DNA from: Dehalococcoidia bacterium
GTDB lineage: Bacteria; Chloroflexota; Dehalococcoidia; Dehalococcoidales; UBA2162
Length of the DNA stretch: 24,000 bases
Direction: 5' to 3'
NCBI GenBank assembly: GCA_011191975.1
Contig: DUFA01000132.1
Span: 63,426 to 87,425, forward strand
Part shown: positions 8,825-17,036 of the stretch, one piece after another
Numbering within the stretch: position 1 is the stretch's first letter
Layout: each line of letters begins with the position of its first letter
The notes under the pieces: generated by a model
Told to the model about the DNA's origin: nothing
Databases searched by the model: none
Seen by the model: only the letters and a program-made list of their open reading frames with translations
Made by a program: the position numbers and the translations under genes

Positions 8825-8966
8825 ACAGAAGCGGTTCTAACAAATTGATGCAACGTTATTATGTTATCCTCTTTTAAGACACATGGGTAATAAAAACATT
8901 TACTGGAAATTGTGAAGAGGGGACAGAGTACCCTTCTAATTCCATTAATGGTGGTTGGGCAGGTTA

Positions 8967-9290
8967 TTAATAAGGGATCACGCATATAAACCGTAAGGTC
9001 TCATTACCCGTGTTTTTAAAGCAATGAAGCTCTTCACCAGGCACGAAGACAACGCTTTCGGCGCTTATCGGAGTTTCGTCATTTTCACTCACCGCCACGC
9101 CGGTGCCACCGAGGACGAAAACCTCGTGTTCCCATGCATGATTATGATACGGAGTCGAAGCACCGGGATCAACGTCGAACACCCTCATGCAGAAGTTCGG
9201 AGCTCCGTCATCGGCATTGATCACCTCACGCTTCAAAACTCCGGGCATTTCTTCGGTTGCTTTTACCTCTCTATATTTCTGTATTTTCAT
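8967..9290 (-). CDS. Cupin domain protein
   Basis: The 107-aa product carries cupin motifs (PYHNHAWEHEVFVLGGTG ... VFVPGEELHCFKNTG). Confidence 0.8.
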   Translation of the reverse strand: MKIQKYREVKATEEMPGVLKREVINADDGAPNFCMRVFDVDPGASTPYHNHAWEHEVFVLGGTGVAVSENDETPISAESVVFVPGEELHCFKNTGNETLRFICVIPY

Positions 9291-9338
9291 TTTTCTTCCT
9301 TATCAGTTTTTATCGAGTGCCAGGTGACAGGAAATATT

Positions 9339-9740
9339 CTAATCTTTCTCATACATGGCCGACGCGTTGGTCGTTATTCCGCCCCTCTCACGATATTCGG
9401 CTTCAACCAGCATCGAGTGCGGTTGCACAAGTTTCACCAGGTCATTCAGTATCCTGTTCACCACGTGTTCCTGTATTATCCCCACGTTCCGGAAAGAAGT
9501 GAGGTAGTACTTCAGCGATTTCAGTTCGATCAGAGATTTGTCCGGTACATAGTTAATGGTAACCGTACCGAAATCCGGTAGTCCGGTCCATGGGCAGACA
9601 CAGGTAAACTCCTCCGTCTCGTAAACAACTTCCGTCCCGGAATCAGGATGATCGAAGGGTATCGTTTCGAGGATATCGATATCGATTGCCGCTTCATCCT
9701 GGATGTCGAACCTTTTTCCATCGTATTTATTTTCTGCCAT
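9339..9740 (-). CDS. queF: NADPH-dependent 7-cyano-7-deazaguanine (preQ0) reductase, unimodular type
   Basis: The catalytic Cys context EFTCVCPWTGLPDF and the QueF motif ELKSLKYYLTSFRN..IIQEH are both present. Confidence 0.9.
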   Translation of the reverse strand: MAENKYDGKRFDIQDEAAIDIDILETIPFDHPDSGTEVVYETEEFTCVCPWTGLPDFGTVTINYVPDKSLIELKSLKYYLTSFRNVGIIQEHVVNRILNDLVKLVQPHSMLVEAEYRERGGITTNASAMYEKD

Positions 9741-9751
9741 ATTTCCTCATA

Positions 9752-10540
9752 TCATTTATCAAGAATTTCTTCTTTCAGGATAGCATAAAACTTATCTCTG
9801 GCATACTTTTCATACCAGGGATAATGTCCGCATTTCTCAAGCAGTATGAATTGAAAGTCGCTTAATAAACTTGATAAAGGTAGTCTGATGCCTTCGGCAG
9901 GGCGGATGTCACAATCACCATGTATCGCTCTCACCGGACATTTTATACCAGATATCATCGCCATGAGTTCGCCATTAGCTAGTTTCTGACGGATATCTAG
10001 ACCTACTGAAATGTTAATGGCAAGCTGGTATTCCACTACATCGTCTTGGTAAGGAAGTATATCGTACGATTCAATTTTAGCAAACATCCGAAAAAGTCGT
10101 GCCAACGAAGCACTCTTATCTTCCTCAACAGAGTCCCAGATAAATTCTTCAAGAGATAAAACCTTAGCTCTCTCTTCTTCATCGAAACGAAGCAGCCTAT
10201 CTCTACCAATATTGACCGCGTATTTCTCTTCAAATGGAGGCGTGCCGATAAGTATCAGCTTGCTAACAAGAGAAGGATGCCTGGCTGATAACAGACAGCC
10301 GAGTGTCGCTCCATGCGACCAACCGATTAAAATGATAGGGAGATTGCCGTGCTTTTCGAGTATGCTCTTTAGTTCCTTGACTTGCCCGTCGAGAGTATTT
10401 TTAGTCTGCAACGGTTCCAGGACACCGCAGATTGTGGATAACTCACGTGCTACCGGAGCCACACTGCCCGGCGCGCCGGGACCGCCATGGATAACGGCAG
10501 TACTGTAGGGACTCTCACCGTAAATTCTGGGATTTTTCAT
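9752..10540 (-). CDS. Alpha/beta hydrolase (HGGPG motif, proline-iminopeptidase-like)
   Basis: It has the IHGGPGAPGS oxyanion-type motif, the nucleophile elbow GWSHG, and a C-terminal H in GHYPW. Confidence 0.8.
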   Translation of the reverse strand: MKNPRIYGESPYSTAVIHGGPGAPGSVAPVARELSTICGVLEPLQTKNTLDGQVKELKSILEKHGNLPIILIGWSHGATLGCLLSARHPSLVSKLILIGTPPFEEKYAVNIGRDRLLRFDEEERAKVLSLEEFIWDSVEEDKSASLARLFRMFAKIESYDILPYQDDVVEYQLAINISVGLDIRQKLANGELMAMISGIKCPVRAIHGDCDIRPAEGIRLPLSSLLSDFQFILLEKCGHYPWYEKYARDKFYAILKEEILDK

Positions 10541-10577
10541 TATGAATTATTACTGAAAGGATTATAATTTGGATATT

Positions 10578-11753
10578 CTACCCGACCATGCCGAGGAATA
10601 TACCGGCTGCGGTGGCTGTCCCGATTACTCCCGCGATATTCGGGCCCATCGCATGCATGAGGAGGAAGTTACGCGGATTTTCTTTCTGTCCCATCCTCTG
10701 GACTACCCTGGCCGCCATCGGCACTGCAGAGACACCAGCAGCTCCGATCATCGGATTTATCTTTTCCTTGCTGAAAAGATTCATGAACTTTGCCAGGAGA
10801 ACGCCAAAGGCGGTAGAAGCTGCAAAGGCAACTACTCCCAGTCCAAAGACTATCAGACTTTCCACCTTGAGAAATGCTTCGGCACTCATAAAGCAGCCGA
10901 CACAGACACCAAGCAGAACAGTCAGTACATTCATAAATGCGTTTGCCGCCGTATCAGCCAGTCGATCAGTAACGCCGCAGACAAACAGCAGATTGCCCAG
11001 CATGAACATGCCTACTAGCGGGGCTGATTTAGGAACCAGCAGGATAATAATAATAGATGCTATTAATGGGAAAAACAGCTTCTCTTTGCGAGACACAGGT
11101 CTGAGTTGGGGTTTCATGTATATCTTACGTTCCGCCTTGGTAGTCAGGAGTCGTATTATCGGTGGTTGAATAATAGGCACGAGAGCCATATAGGTATAAG
11201 CGGCCACAGCAGTTGCTCCGATAAAGTGAGGAGCAAGCTTGTTAGTAAGGTATACAGTAGTGGGACCATCGGCTCCGCCAATTATGCCTATTGAACAGGC
11301 TTCCTCGATACCGATGTTAACCAGATCAGGGAACGCATTACCGATTAACAGAGCGATAAAGAAAGCGAAATAGACACCGAATTGCGCCCCGGCGCCGAGA
11401 ATTAAAGTCTTCGGATTAGCAATTAGCGGACCGAAGTCCGTCATCGCGCCAAGTCCTAGGAATATAAAAACGGGGATAATCTCCCAGGACAGTCCATACC
11501 GAAAAATCCGGGAGATTATACCCACCGGTTCACCATTTATAGCGTAAGAGTCAACTACCTGACCGCCGACGATTGTCTCCATCAGACCACCCAGCGGAAG
11601 GTTTACCAGTATTACGCCAAATCCGATTGGAACTAAAAGAAGGGGCTCCATTTTTTTAGCTATGCCCAGGTACAACAGGACACAGCCTATGGCTATCATT
11701 ACTATGGAACCCCAGGTTAACTCGCCAAACCCTGTTTCAAACAGACCGAACAC
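10578..11753 (-). CDS. Na+-translocating biotin-dependent decarboxylase, beta (membrane pump) subunit (OadB/GcdB/MmdB family)
   Basis: The 391-aa polytopic protein has family-typical blocks (VNLPLGGLM, IIGGADGPT, GAAGVSAVPMAARV, MGPNIAGVIGTATAAG). The start is GTG, 7 nt after an AGGGG SD. Confidence 0.9.
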   Translation of the reverse strand: MFGLFETGFGELTWGSIVMIAIGCVLLYLGIAKKMEPLLLVPIGFGVILVNLPLGGLMETIVGGQVVDSYAINGEPVGIISRIFRYGLSWEIIPVFIFLGLGAMTDFGPLIANPKTLILGAGAQFGVYFAFFIALLIGNAFPDLVNIGIEEACSIGIIGGADGPTTVYLTNKLAPHFIGATAVAAYTYMALVPIIQPPIIRLLTTKAERKIYMKPQLRPVSRKEKLFFPLIASIIIILLVPKSAPLVGMFMLGNLLFVCGVTDRLADTAANAFMNVLTVLLGVCVGCFMSAEAFLKVESLIVFGLGVVAFAASTAFGVLLAKFMNLFSKEKINPMIGAAGVSAVPMAARVVQRMGQKENPRNFLLMHAMGPNIAGVIGTATAAGIFLGMVG

Positions 11754-11772
11754 AGGATATCCCCTATTTCAT

Positions 11773-11994
11773 TTAATATTCTATAATTGCTATAACCTTG
11801 CCTGTTTCAACTACCTCGCCTACGGCTACCTGTATATCTGTTATTTTGCCGTTAACCGGAGCCAGGATTGGATTCTCCATCTTCATTGACTCAATAAAAC
11901 AGATAACATCTCCCTCCTGCACTTCATCTCCCACATTGGTATCAACACTTATGATTTTCCCCGTTATCGGTACTTCAATGATTTCCTGTGCCAA
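11773..11994 (-). CDS. Stand-alone biotinyl-domain carrier protein (MmdC/GcdC-like)
   Basis: The 73-aa product has a biotinylation motif IESMKME in a typical biotinyl-lipoyl fold pattern (GD.V..GD....IE.MKM.N.I.AP..G). The start is TTG, 7 nt after AAGGAG. Confidence 0.85.
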   Translation of the reverse strand: MAQEIIEVPITGKIISVDTNVGDEVQEGDVICFIESMKMENPILAPVNGKITDIQVAVGEVVETGKVIAIIEY

Positions 11995-11996
11995 TT

Positions 11997-12158
11997 CTAA
12001 GCTCCTTTCTTGTTATCTCCAGTTTTTTCTTCTCCAGTCCCTATTTTCTTAAATATCAAACCTACCAGCCATAAGACGACAGCAAGTATCACCAGTACGA
12101 CAAATACCATACCGAAACCAATTCCACCAATTTTTCCCGCAAGGGCCCAATCTATCAT
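11997..12158 (-). CDS. 53-aa single-TM protein, OadG/MmdD-like small subunit (absent from ORF track)
   Basis: My hand translation reads MIDWALAGKIGGIGFGMVFVVLVILAVVLWLVGLIFKKIGTGEEKTGDNKKGA*. The G-x-G-x-VF-x-x-L TM helix resembles the OAD gamma family. The stop lies 2 nt before the carrier gene start. Confidence 0.6.
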   Translation of the reverse strand: MIDWALAGKIGGIGFGMVFVVLVILAVVLWLVGLIFKKIGTGEEKTGDNKKGA

Positions 12159-12180
12159 TATTCCTACCTGCCAGATTTTA

Positions 12181-12223
12181 ACATAAAAGAGAGCGGGTGT
12201 AATTATTACTTATCCCGCCCTCT
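12181..12223 (-). terminator. Rho-independent terminator downstream of clpC
   Basis: The minus-strand RNA reads AGAGGGCGGG-(16 nt loop)-CCCGCUCUCU followed by UUUAUGUU. This gives a 10-bp stem with one G.U pair, which would be an A.C mismatch on the plus strand. It lies 33 nt after the clpC stop. Confidence 0.65.
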
Positions 12224-12255
12224 GGGTTACAAATCCAGTCTGTAAATTGATCAGA

Positions 12256-14727
12256 TTACGGCGTAGAATCCCCCATCAATGCTTCCACAGCATCGGTGTG
12301 CACTACAATTTCATCCCCTTCCACATCCACTATTACCGTATCACCTGGGCGGAACTGACCCCGCAGAATATTATCAGAAAGCTTATCTTCAATCATATCC
12401 TGAATAACCCTGCGTAAAGGTCTTGCTCCGAAAGCTTCGTCATAACCCTTCTCACCAAGGAAGTCTTTGGCCATATCGGTTACTTCAAGCTTCATTCCTT
12501 TTTCCTTAAGTTGCTTAGTCACATTAATCAACATAAGATCTACTATTTTTCGAATATGCTCTTTACTAAGCGCATGGAATACCATTACACTGTCGATTCG
12601 GTTGAGGAATTCTGGTCTAAAAGTCTTCTTGAGTTCTTCAAGAAGTTTTTCCTTCATTTTCTCGTATTCCATTTCCTGGATTTTCGTTTCGTCTGTACGA
12701 GACGCGAAACCGATCGCGCTACCTTTCCTGATGGTCTCGGCTCCGATATTACTGGTCATGATTATAATACAGTTACGGAAATCGACTCGGCGTCCCTTCG
12801 CATCGGTCAAATGGCCATCATCGAAAATCTGTAATAAGATGTTAAATACATCCGGATGAGCTTTTTCAATTTCATCAAGTAAAATACAGGAGTACGACTT
12901 TCTCCTTACTGCTTCTGTAAGTTGTCCGCCTTCATCGTAACCGATATATCCAGGAGGTGCTCCGACAAGTCTGGATACGGTATGTCTTTCCTGGTACTCC
13001 GACATGTCGAGTCGAATCAGTGCATCCTCGCTGCCGAACATGAACTCTGCCAGCGCTTTTACCAATTCGGTCTTACCGACACCCGTCGGTCCCAGGAATA
13101 TAAAATTGCCTATCGGATGCTTCGGATCTTTCAGACCTGCCCTGGCACGACGCACTGCTTTAGATATTGTATCAACCGCTTCTTCCTGGCCAATGAGTCT
13201 TTTATGCAATTCTTCTTCCATATGAAGTAGCCGGCTAGTTTCATCGTCGGTCAACTGGACGGTCGGTACCCCGGTCCACATGCTGACAACCTCGGCAATA
13301 TCTTCCTGAGTTACTACCGGTTTTTCCGTTTCCAGTGAATTCTGCCATTCTTCCTTAAGCTGTTTGATCTTCTCTTCCAGTTCAAGTTCCTGCTGACGAA
13401 GCTCGGCGGCATAATCATACTGCTGACTGGCGAGAGCGGCCTCTTTATCTTTTCGGACGTTATCCTCGGTTTGCTTGGCTTCCTTAAGAGTATCCGGCTG
13501 AACTCTGTGCCGGATGCGTACTCTTGAAGAAGCTTCATCAATAACATCTATTGCTTTATCAGGCAGAAAACGGTCGGTAATATACCTGGCCGAGAGTTGT
13601 GCTGCCGTGTTAAGAGCCTCATCGCTAATGGTCAATTTATGGTGTTCCTCATAGCGTTCTCTAACACCATGAAGTATCTCGAGAGTTTGCTCTACGGAAG
13701 GTTCCTCAACAAGTATCGGCTGGAACCTTCGTTCAAGAGCAGGATCCCGTTCGATATGCTTACGGTAATCATCAAGTGTTGTCGCACCTATACATTGCAG
13801 TTCACCTCTCGCCAGCGACGGTTTCAGGATGCTTGCAGCGTCAACTGCACCTTCGGCGGCACCGGCGCCAACTATAGTATGAAACTCATCAATGAAAAGT
13901 ACACAGTTTTTAGATGTTTTAAGTTCGTTAACAATCTTCTTAAGTCGTTCCTCAAATTCACCGCGGTATTTGGTACCCGCAACTACAGACGCAATATCCA
14001 AGGTTACTATCCGCTTGTCCTCAAGTGTCTCGGGAACATCACCCGCGGCAACACGATGCGCCAGCCCCTCGACTATTGCTGTCTTCCCAACTCCCGGTTC
14101 TCCGATCAGCGCCGGATTGTTTTTTGTCCGACGACTGAGGATTTGTATAACACGCTCGATTTCCTTATGTCGCCCGATAACTGGATCAAGTTTACCCGAG
14201 GCTGCCGCTGCTGTAAGATCAACACTCAACTGGTCGAGTATCGGAGTGCGGGTCGCAGTTTTAGCAGGTTTAGCCCGTACGGTTCCCTGGCTGAGTACAT
14301 TGGTAACTTCGGTCCGCGCCTGTTCAATGGTCAGACCAAAGCTGTCCAGCACTCCGGCAGCTACTCCTTCTCCTTCATGGAGGAGTCCAAGAAGTATGTG
14401 CTCGGTCCCAATATAGTTATGGCTCAGATGACGTGCTTCATCGATAGCCAGTTCGATAACTCTTTTTGCTCTAGGTGTAAGGCCTATTTCACCGGTGCTT
14501 GCTTTTTCTCCACGTCCAATAATGAATTCGACCGCAGATCGTACCTTGGTCAAACTAATACCCATGTTCGTAAGGACTTTGGCAGCAACGCCTTCCTCTT
14601 CGCGGATAAGCCCTAAAAGGATATGTTCAGTGCCAATGTAGTTGTGATTGAGGTTCTGTGCTTCTTCCTGGGCAGAGGTAAGTACACGGCGAGCCCGTTC
14701 GGAAAATTTCTCAAATCGACTAGGCAT
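12256..14727 (-). CDS. clpC: ATP-dependent Clp protease ATP-binding subunit ClpC
   Basis: The 823-aa product has duplicated Clp_N repeats ([14 protein letters not shown] twice), two AAA+ modules ([16 protein letters not shown]) and a UVR-like linker ([13 protein letters not shown]). Confidence 0.95.
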   Translation of the reverse strand: MPSRFEKFSERARRVLTSAQEEAQNLNHNYIGTEHILLGLIREEEGVAAKVLTNMGISLTKVRSAVEFIIGRGEKASTGEIGLTPRAKRVIELAIDEARHLSHNYIGTEHILLGLLHEGEGVAAGVLDSFGLTIEQARTEVTNVLSQGTVRAKPAKTATRTPILDQLSVDLTAAAASGKLDPVIGRHKEIERVIQILSRRTKNNPALIGEPGVGKTAIVEGLAHRVAAGDVPETLEDKRIVTLDIASVVAGTKYRGEFEERLKKIVNELKTSKNCVLFIDEFHTIVGAGAAEGAVDAASILKPSLARGELQCIGATTLDDYRKHIERDPALERRFQPILVEEPSVEQTLEILHGVRERYEEHHKLTISDEALNTAAQLSARYITDRFLPDKAIDVIDEASSRVRIRHRVQPDTLKEAKQTEDNVRKDKEAALASQQYDYAAELRQQELELEEKIKQLKEEWQNSLETEKPVVTQEDIAEVVSMWTGVPTVQLTDDETSRLLHMEEELHKRLIGQEEAVDTISKAVRRARAGLKDPKHPIGNFIFLGPTGVGKTELVKALAEFMFGSEDALIRLDMSEYQERHTVSRLVGAPPGYIGYDEGGQLTEAVRRKSYSCILLDEIEKAHPDVFNILLQIFDDGHLTDAKGRRVDFRNCIIIMTSNIGAETIRKGSAIGFASRTDETKIQEMEYEKMKEKLLEELKKTFRPEFLNRIDSVMVFHALSKEHIRKIVDLMLINVTKQLKEKGMKLEVTDMAKDFLGEKGYDEAFGARPLRRVIQDMIEDKLSDNILRGQFRPGDTVIVDVEGDEIVVHTDAVEALMGDSTP

Positions 14728-14771
14728 TTTTTCTCCTTAAATCCACTTCAATAGTAGCCAGTCTCAAATTA

Positions 14772-14800
14772 ATTATAATTCAAGATTTACAATAAAGCAA
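14772..14800 (-). promoter_or_regulatory. Sigma70-type promoter for clpC
   Basis: On the minus strand, TTGCTT (14800-14795) is followed by a 17-nt spacer and TATAAT (14777-14772), about 45 nt upstream of the clpC ATG. The ATG is preceded by AAGGAG. Confidence 0.5.
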
Positions 14801-14862
14801 TAATTAAGAGACAAGCGTGGATAAATAGAGTAATGAACCTGTATCAGTGGTTTCAGGTAAAG

Positions 14863-14983
14863 CCTCCTGGCAGTGACTTATTTTCCACAAGGGGAGACCC
14901 CTCAGTATCCTCCGCGCTGGGGCGTTTCACTTCCGTGTTCGGGATGGGAACGGGTGGTACCACCCCGCTCAAACCACCAGGAG
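14863..14983 (-). rRNA. rrf: 5S ribosomal RNA
   Basis: The minus-strand sequence reads CUCCUGGUGGUUUGAGCGGGGUGGUACCACCCGUUCCCAUCCCGAACACGGAAGUGAAACGCCCCAGCGCGGAGGAUACUGAGGGGUCUCCCCUUGUGGAAAAUAAGUCACUGCCAGGAG. It carries the conserved bacterial 5S core and a closing helix I (CUCCUGG/CCAGGAG). The ends are accurate to about +/-3 nt. Confidence 0.9.
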
Positions 14984-15080
14984 ACTATTACCAATTTACA
15001 ACTAACATATGGAAAGGAACCACATGAGTGGATTAACGGTTCCTCAACATTAACAGTGTAGCATTGTGGTGTAATTCCAG

Positions 15081-15557
15081 TCAAGACCCAGTAGTATCAT
15101 TTTCATCAATCTTCATCATAATCATCGTTCTAGGTAAAAATCCGTGTCTGTGATAAAAAGGTTGGACTTCTTCATTACCAACCATCACCTGTACGAGTAT
15201 CCTGGTGACCGATAATTCTTTCATCCAATTCAAAGCATTCAAAATAAGGTGATCACCGATACCCAACCGGCTATAATCCGATTCTACAAATATTGAATCT
15301 ATTTCGCCGAGTCTGTCAGAGGTAATACTACTCACGCAATATCCCACTAATTCTCCGGTATCGGTATCCCTGGCAACATCGACACGCAGGTCAGTAGCTT
15401 CACCAAGAAATTCTTTCTTCCTGTTAACCAATTTTCGACCCGAATAATCGAAGCTGAAATGACGTGATATACTCCCATGATGTTCATTTAACTTCTCCCA
15501 TAAAGGCGCAACTATATCGATTCCTTCTTTGTCGGTAACCGAATATTCGATGTTCAC
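15081..15557 (-). CDS. GNAT family N-acetyltransferase
   Basis: The 158-aa product has an acetyl-CoA-binding motif region (IFVESDYSRLGIGDHLILNAL) and a GNAT C-terminal FYHRHGF. The start is GTG, 5 nt after GGGGAG. Confidence 0.85.
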   Translation of the reverse strand: MNIEYSVTDKEGIDIVAPLWEKLNEHHGSISRHFSFDYSGRKLVNRKKEFLGEATDLRVDVARDTDTGELVGYCVSSITSDRLGEIDSIFVESDYSRLGIGDHLILNALNWMKELSVTRILVQVMVGNEEVQPFYHRHGFLPRTMIMMKIDENDTTGS

Positions 15558-15881
15558 TTTTACTCCCCTGTTTCTGCTGAATTTTATTATACACGAAAGA
15601 ATGATCTCGTTTGCTTTCAGTTGTCAGAAATTTCTCTAACCTTTATCCTATTCAGCTGGAACTAATGAATCTAGTTACGAGGTACTCCTGTTTAATATAC
15701 ATCAGGTAGCACGTGAAGAAAAAATTGAAAAAATATGAAATCGTTAAGTTAGTGTGCGGCGTGATTTGGTACCAATGTAAATGACACACTACCAGAGTCG
15801 AACGAGACCTGTAAAAAACTTCTCAGTTTAATTCGGTATACTCTTTTACAAATATCAGGATCGGGTATTAAAGGACTCACC

Positions 15882-16901
15882 TTATACCTTTAGTAAATTT
15901 GATCTGTATATCTGCTGGCGGAGTTGCCCACAGGCTGCATCTATGTCGACTCTCCGTTGGAGTCTCTGCGTAACCTGAATACCTGCGCCGTGCAGTATTT
16001 CACGAAAGACTCTAACCTGTTTCTGCGGAGAGGTATTGAATGGCAGATTCGATACCGGATTATATTGAATCAGGTTTATGTGGCAGTTTAAGCTTTTTAA
16101 TATCTTTGCGAGTTCTTTAGCTTCTGAAACTCCGTCGTTTATTTTATCTAGCATACAATACTCGAAAGTAACCCTTCTTCCAGTTTGTTTAATGTATTCG
16201 CGGCTCGCGTTTAAAATTTCGTTAATACTCCACCTGGTCATGGAAGGTATCAATCTCTCTCGTAGATTATCATTTGGAGCGTGGAGTGAAACGGCAAGCG
16301 TAACCTGCAATTTTTCTGTAGCCAGCTTGAGGATTCTAGGAACAATACCAACGGCGCTGATAGTAATATTTCTGGGACCGATTCCCATCTCATTATTAAT
16401 AAGTCGCACCGCTTTAATTGTTGACTCGTAGTTCAATAGCGGTTCACCCATACCCATAAAGACGACGTGGTCAATCCTGTAGGTACGGCTGCTGACATGA
16501 ATCACGCCTGATTCAACAATTCTGTTCACTGTCAGAACCTGTTCTACAATTTCTCCTGGTTCGAGATTACGAATGAACCCATCCTGGCCGGAAGCGCAAA
16601 ATATGCAGCCAACGGGACACCCAACTTGTGTTGACAGGCAACAGCTGACGCGGTCAGTGTAGGGCAAACCTACAGTTTCTATCTTCGTTCCATCGCTCAT
16701 CTCAAGCAGCAGTTTAATGATCCTATCTTTACTCTGCTTCTTAGTCGCAATCTTTGACCTGCCAATCCCGTAGGTTTGCGTAAGCCTGGTCCGTAACGTA
16801 GCGGGAAGACTGGACATATCGTCAAATGTTCGAGCCCCAAGTCTACAAATCCATTCGGCAAGCTGACTGCCACGATAGGGTGATTCACCTTCTTCCAACA
16901 T
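15882..16901 (-). CDS. rlmN: Radical SAM 23S rRNA/tRNA adenine-C2 methyltransferase RlmN (true start probably upstream, see findings)
   Basis: It has the radical SAM cluster motif GCPVGCIFCASG, plus MGMGEPLLNYE and DIDAACGQL. Coordinates use the first canonical ATG, but the homologous N-terminus continues to about 16946-16967. Confidence 0.9.
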   Translation of the reverse strand: MLEEGESPYRGSQLAEWICRLGARTFDDMSSLPATLRTRLTQTYGIGRSKIATKKQSKDRIIKLLLEMSDGTKIETVGLPYTDRVSCCLSTQVGCPVGCIFCASGQDGFIRNLEPGEIVEQVLTVNRIVESGVIHVSSRTYRIDHVVFMGMGEPLLNYESTIKAVRLINNEMGIGPRNITISAVGIVPRILKLATEKLQVTLAVSLHAPNDNLRERLIPSMTRWSINEILNASREYIKQTGRRVTFEYCMLDKINDGVSEAKELAKILKSLNCHINLIQYNPVSNLPFNTSPQKQVRVFREILHGAGIQVTQRLQRRVDIDAACGQLRQQIYRSNLLKV

Positions 16902-17036
16902 AAGCCTATGGAGTTCACTGGTATCTAACCCTAAAAGTATATTGATGACCGCTTTCTGTGTAGAGATTTACTACAGCTTACTTTGGCTTGTGTCAGGTCG
17001 ACTGGTATTAGGCTTTTGTCTCAAGATAGCTTCACG

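Noticed and set aside
8914-8936. GAAGAGGG...CCCTTC imperfect hairpin between the convergent methyltransferase and cupin genes
   Set aside because: The stem is bulged and 6-7 bp long, with no U-tract on either strand. It is not convincing as a bidirectional terminator.
9291-9751. Looked for a preQ1 riboswitch near queF
   Set aside because: Only 11 nt precede queF and 48 nt follow it. There is no room for a preQ1 aptamer and no matching sequence.
13597-14616. 339-aa plus-strand ORF, and the 174-aa ORF at 13892-14416, antisense to clpC
   Set aside because: Both lie entirely inside the strongly supported clpC coding region. Their composition is odd (rich in Cys, Arg, Phe and Asn) and no motifs are present. 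They are typical antisense shadow ORFs.
14728-14862. Looked for CtsR-type direct repeats (GGTCAAA-N3-GGTCAAA) upstream of clpC
   Set aside because: No such heptads occur on either strand. Only a plain sigma70-like promoter is visible.
14833-15084. Three track ORFs (14833-15027 +, 14873-15061 +, 14902-15084 -) of 60-64 aa
   Set aside because: They lie on top of the 5S rRNA gene and its flanks. Their open frames are a by-product of the structured, GC-rich RNA sequence, and they have no SD or protein-like composition.
15795-15803. GAGTCGAAC, resembling the reverse complement of a tRNA T-loop (GTTCGACTC)
   Set aside because: The flanking bases do not form a T-stem (ACCAG versus CGAGA). No acceptor or anticodon arms can be built, so it is not a tRNA.
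16985-17020. Direct repeat GGCTTGTGTC / GGCTTTTGTC and GTCAGGTCGAC (faintly SRP-RNA-like) between ftsZ and rlmN
   Set aside because: The repeat is short with a mismatch. The SRP-like match does not continue into the conserved GGAAGCAGC region and no hairpin can be drawn. It is probably chance.
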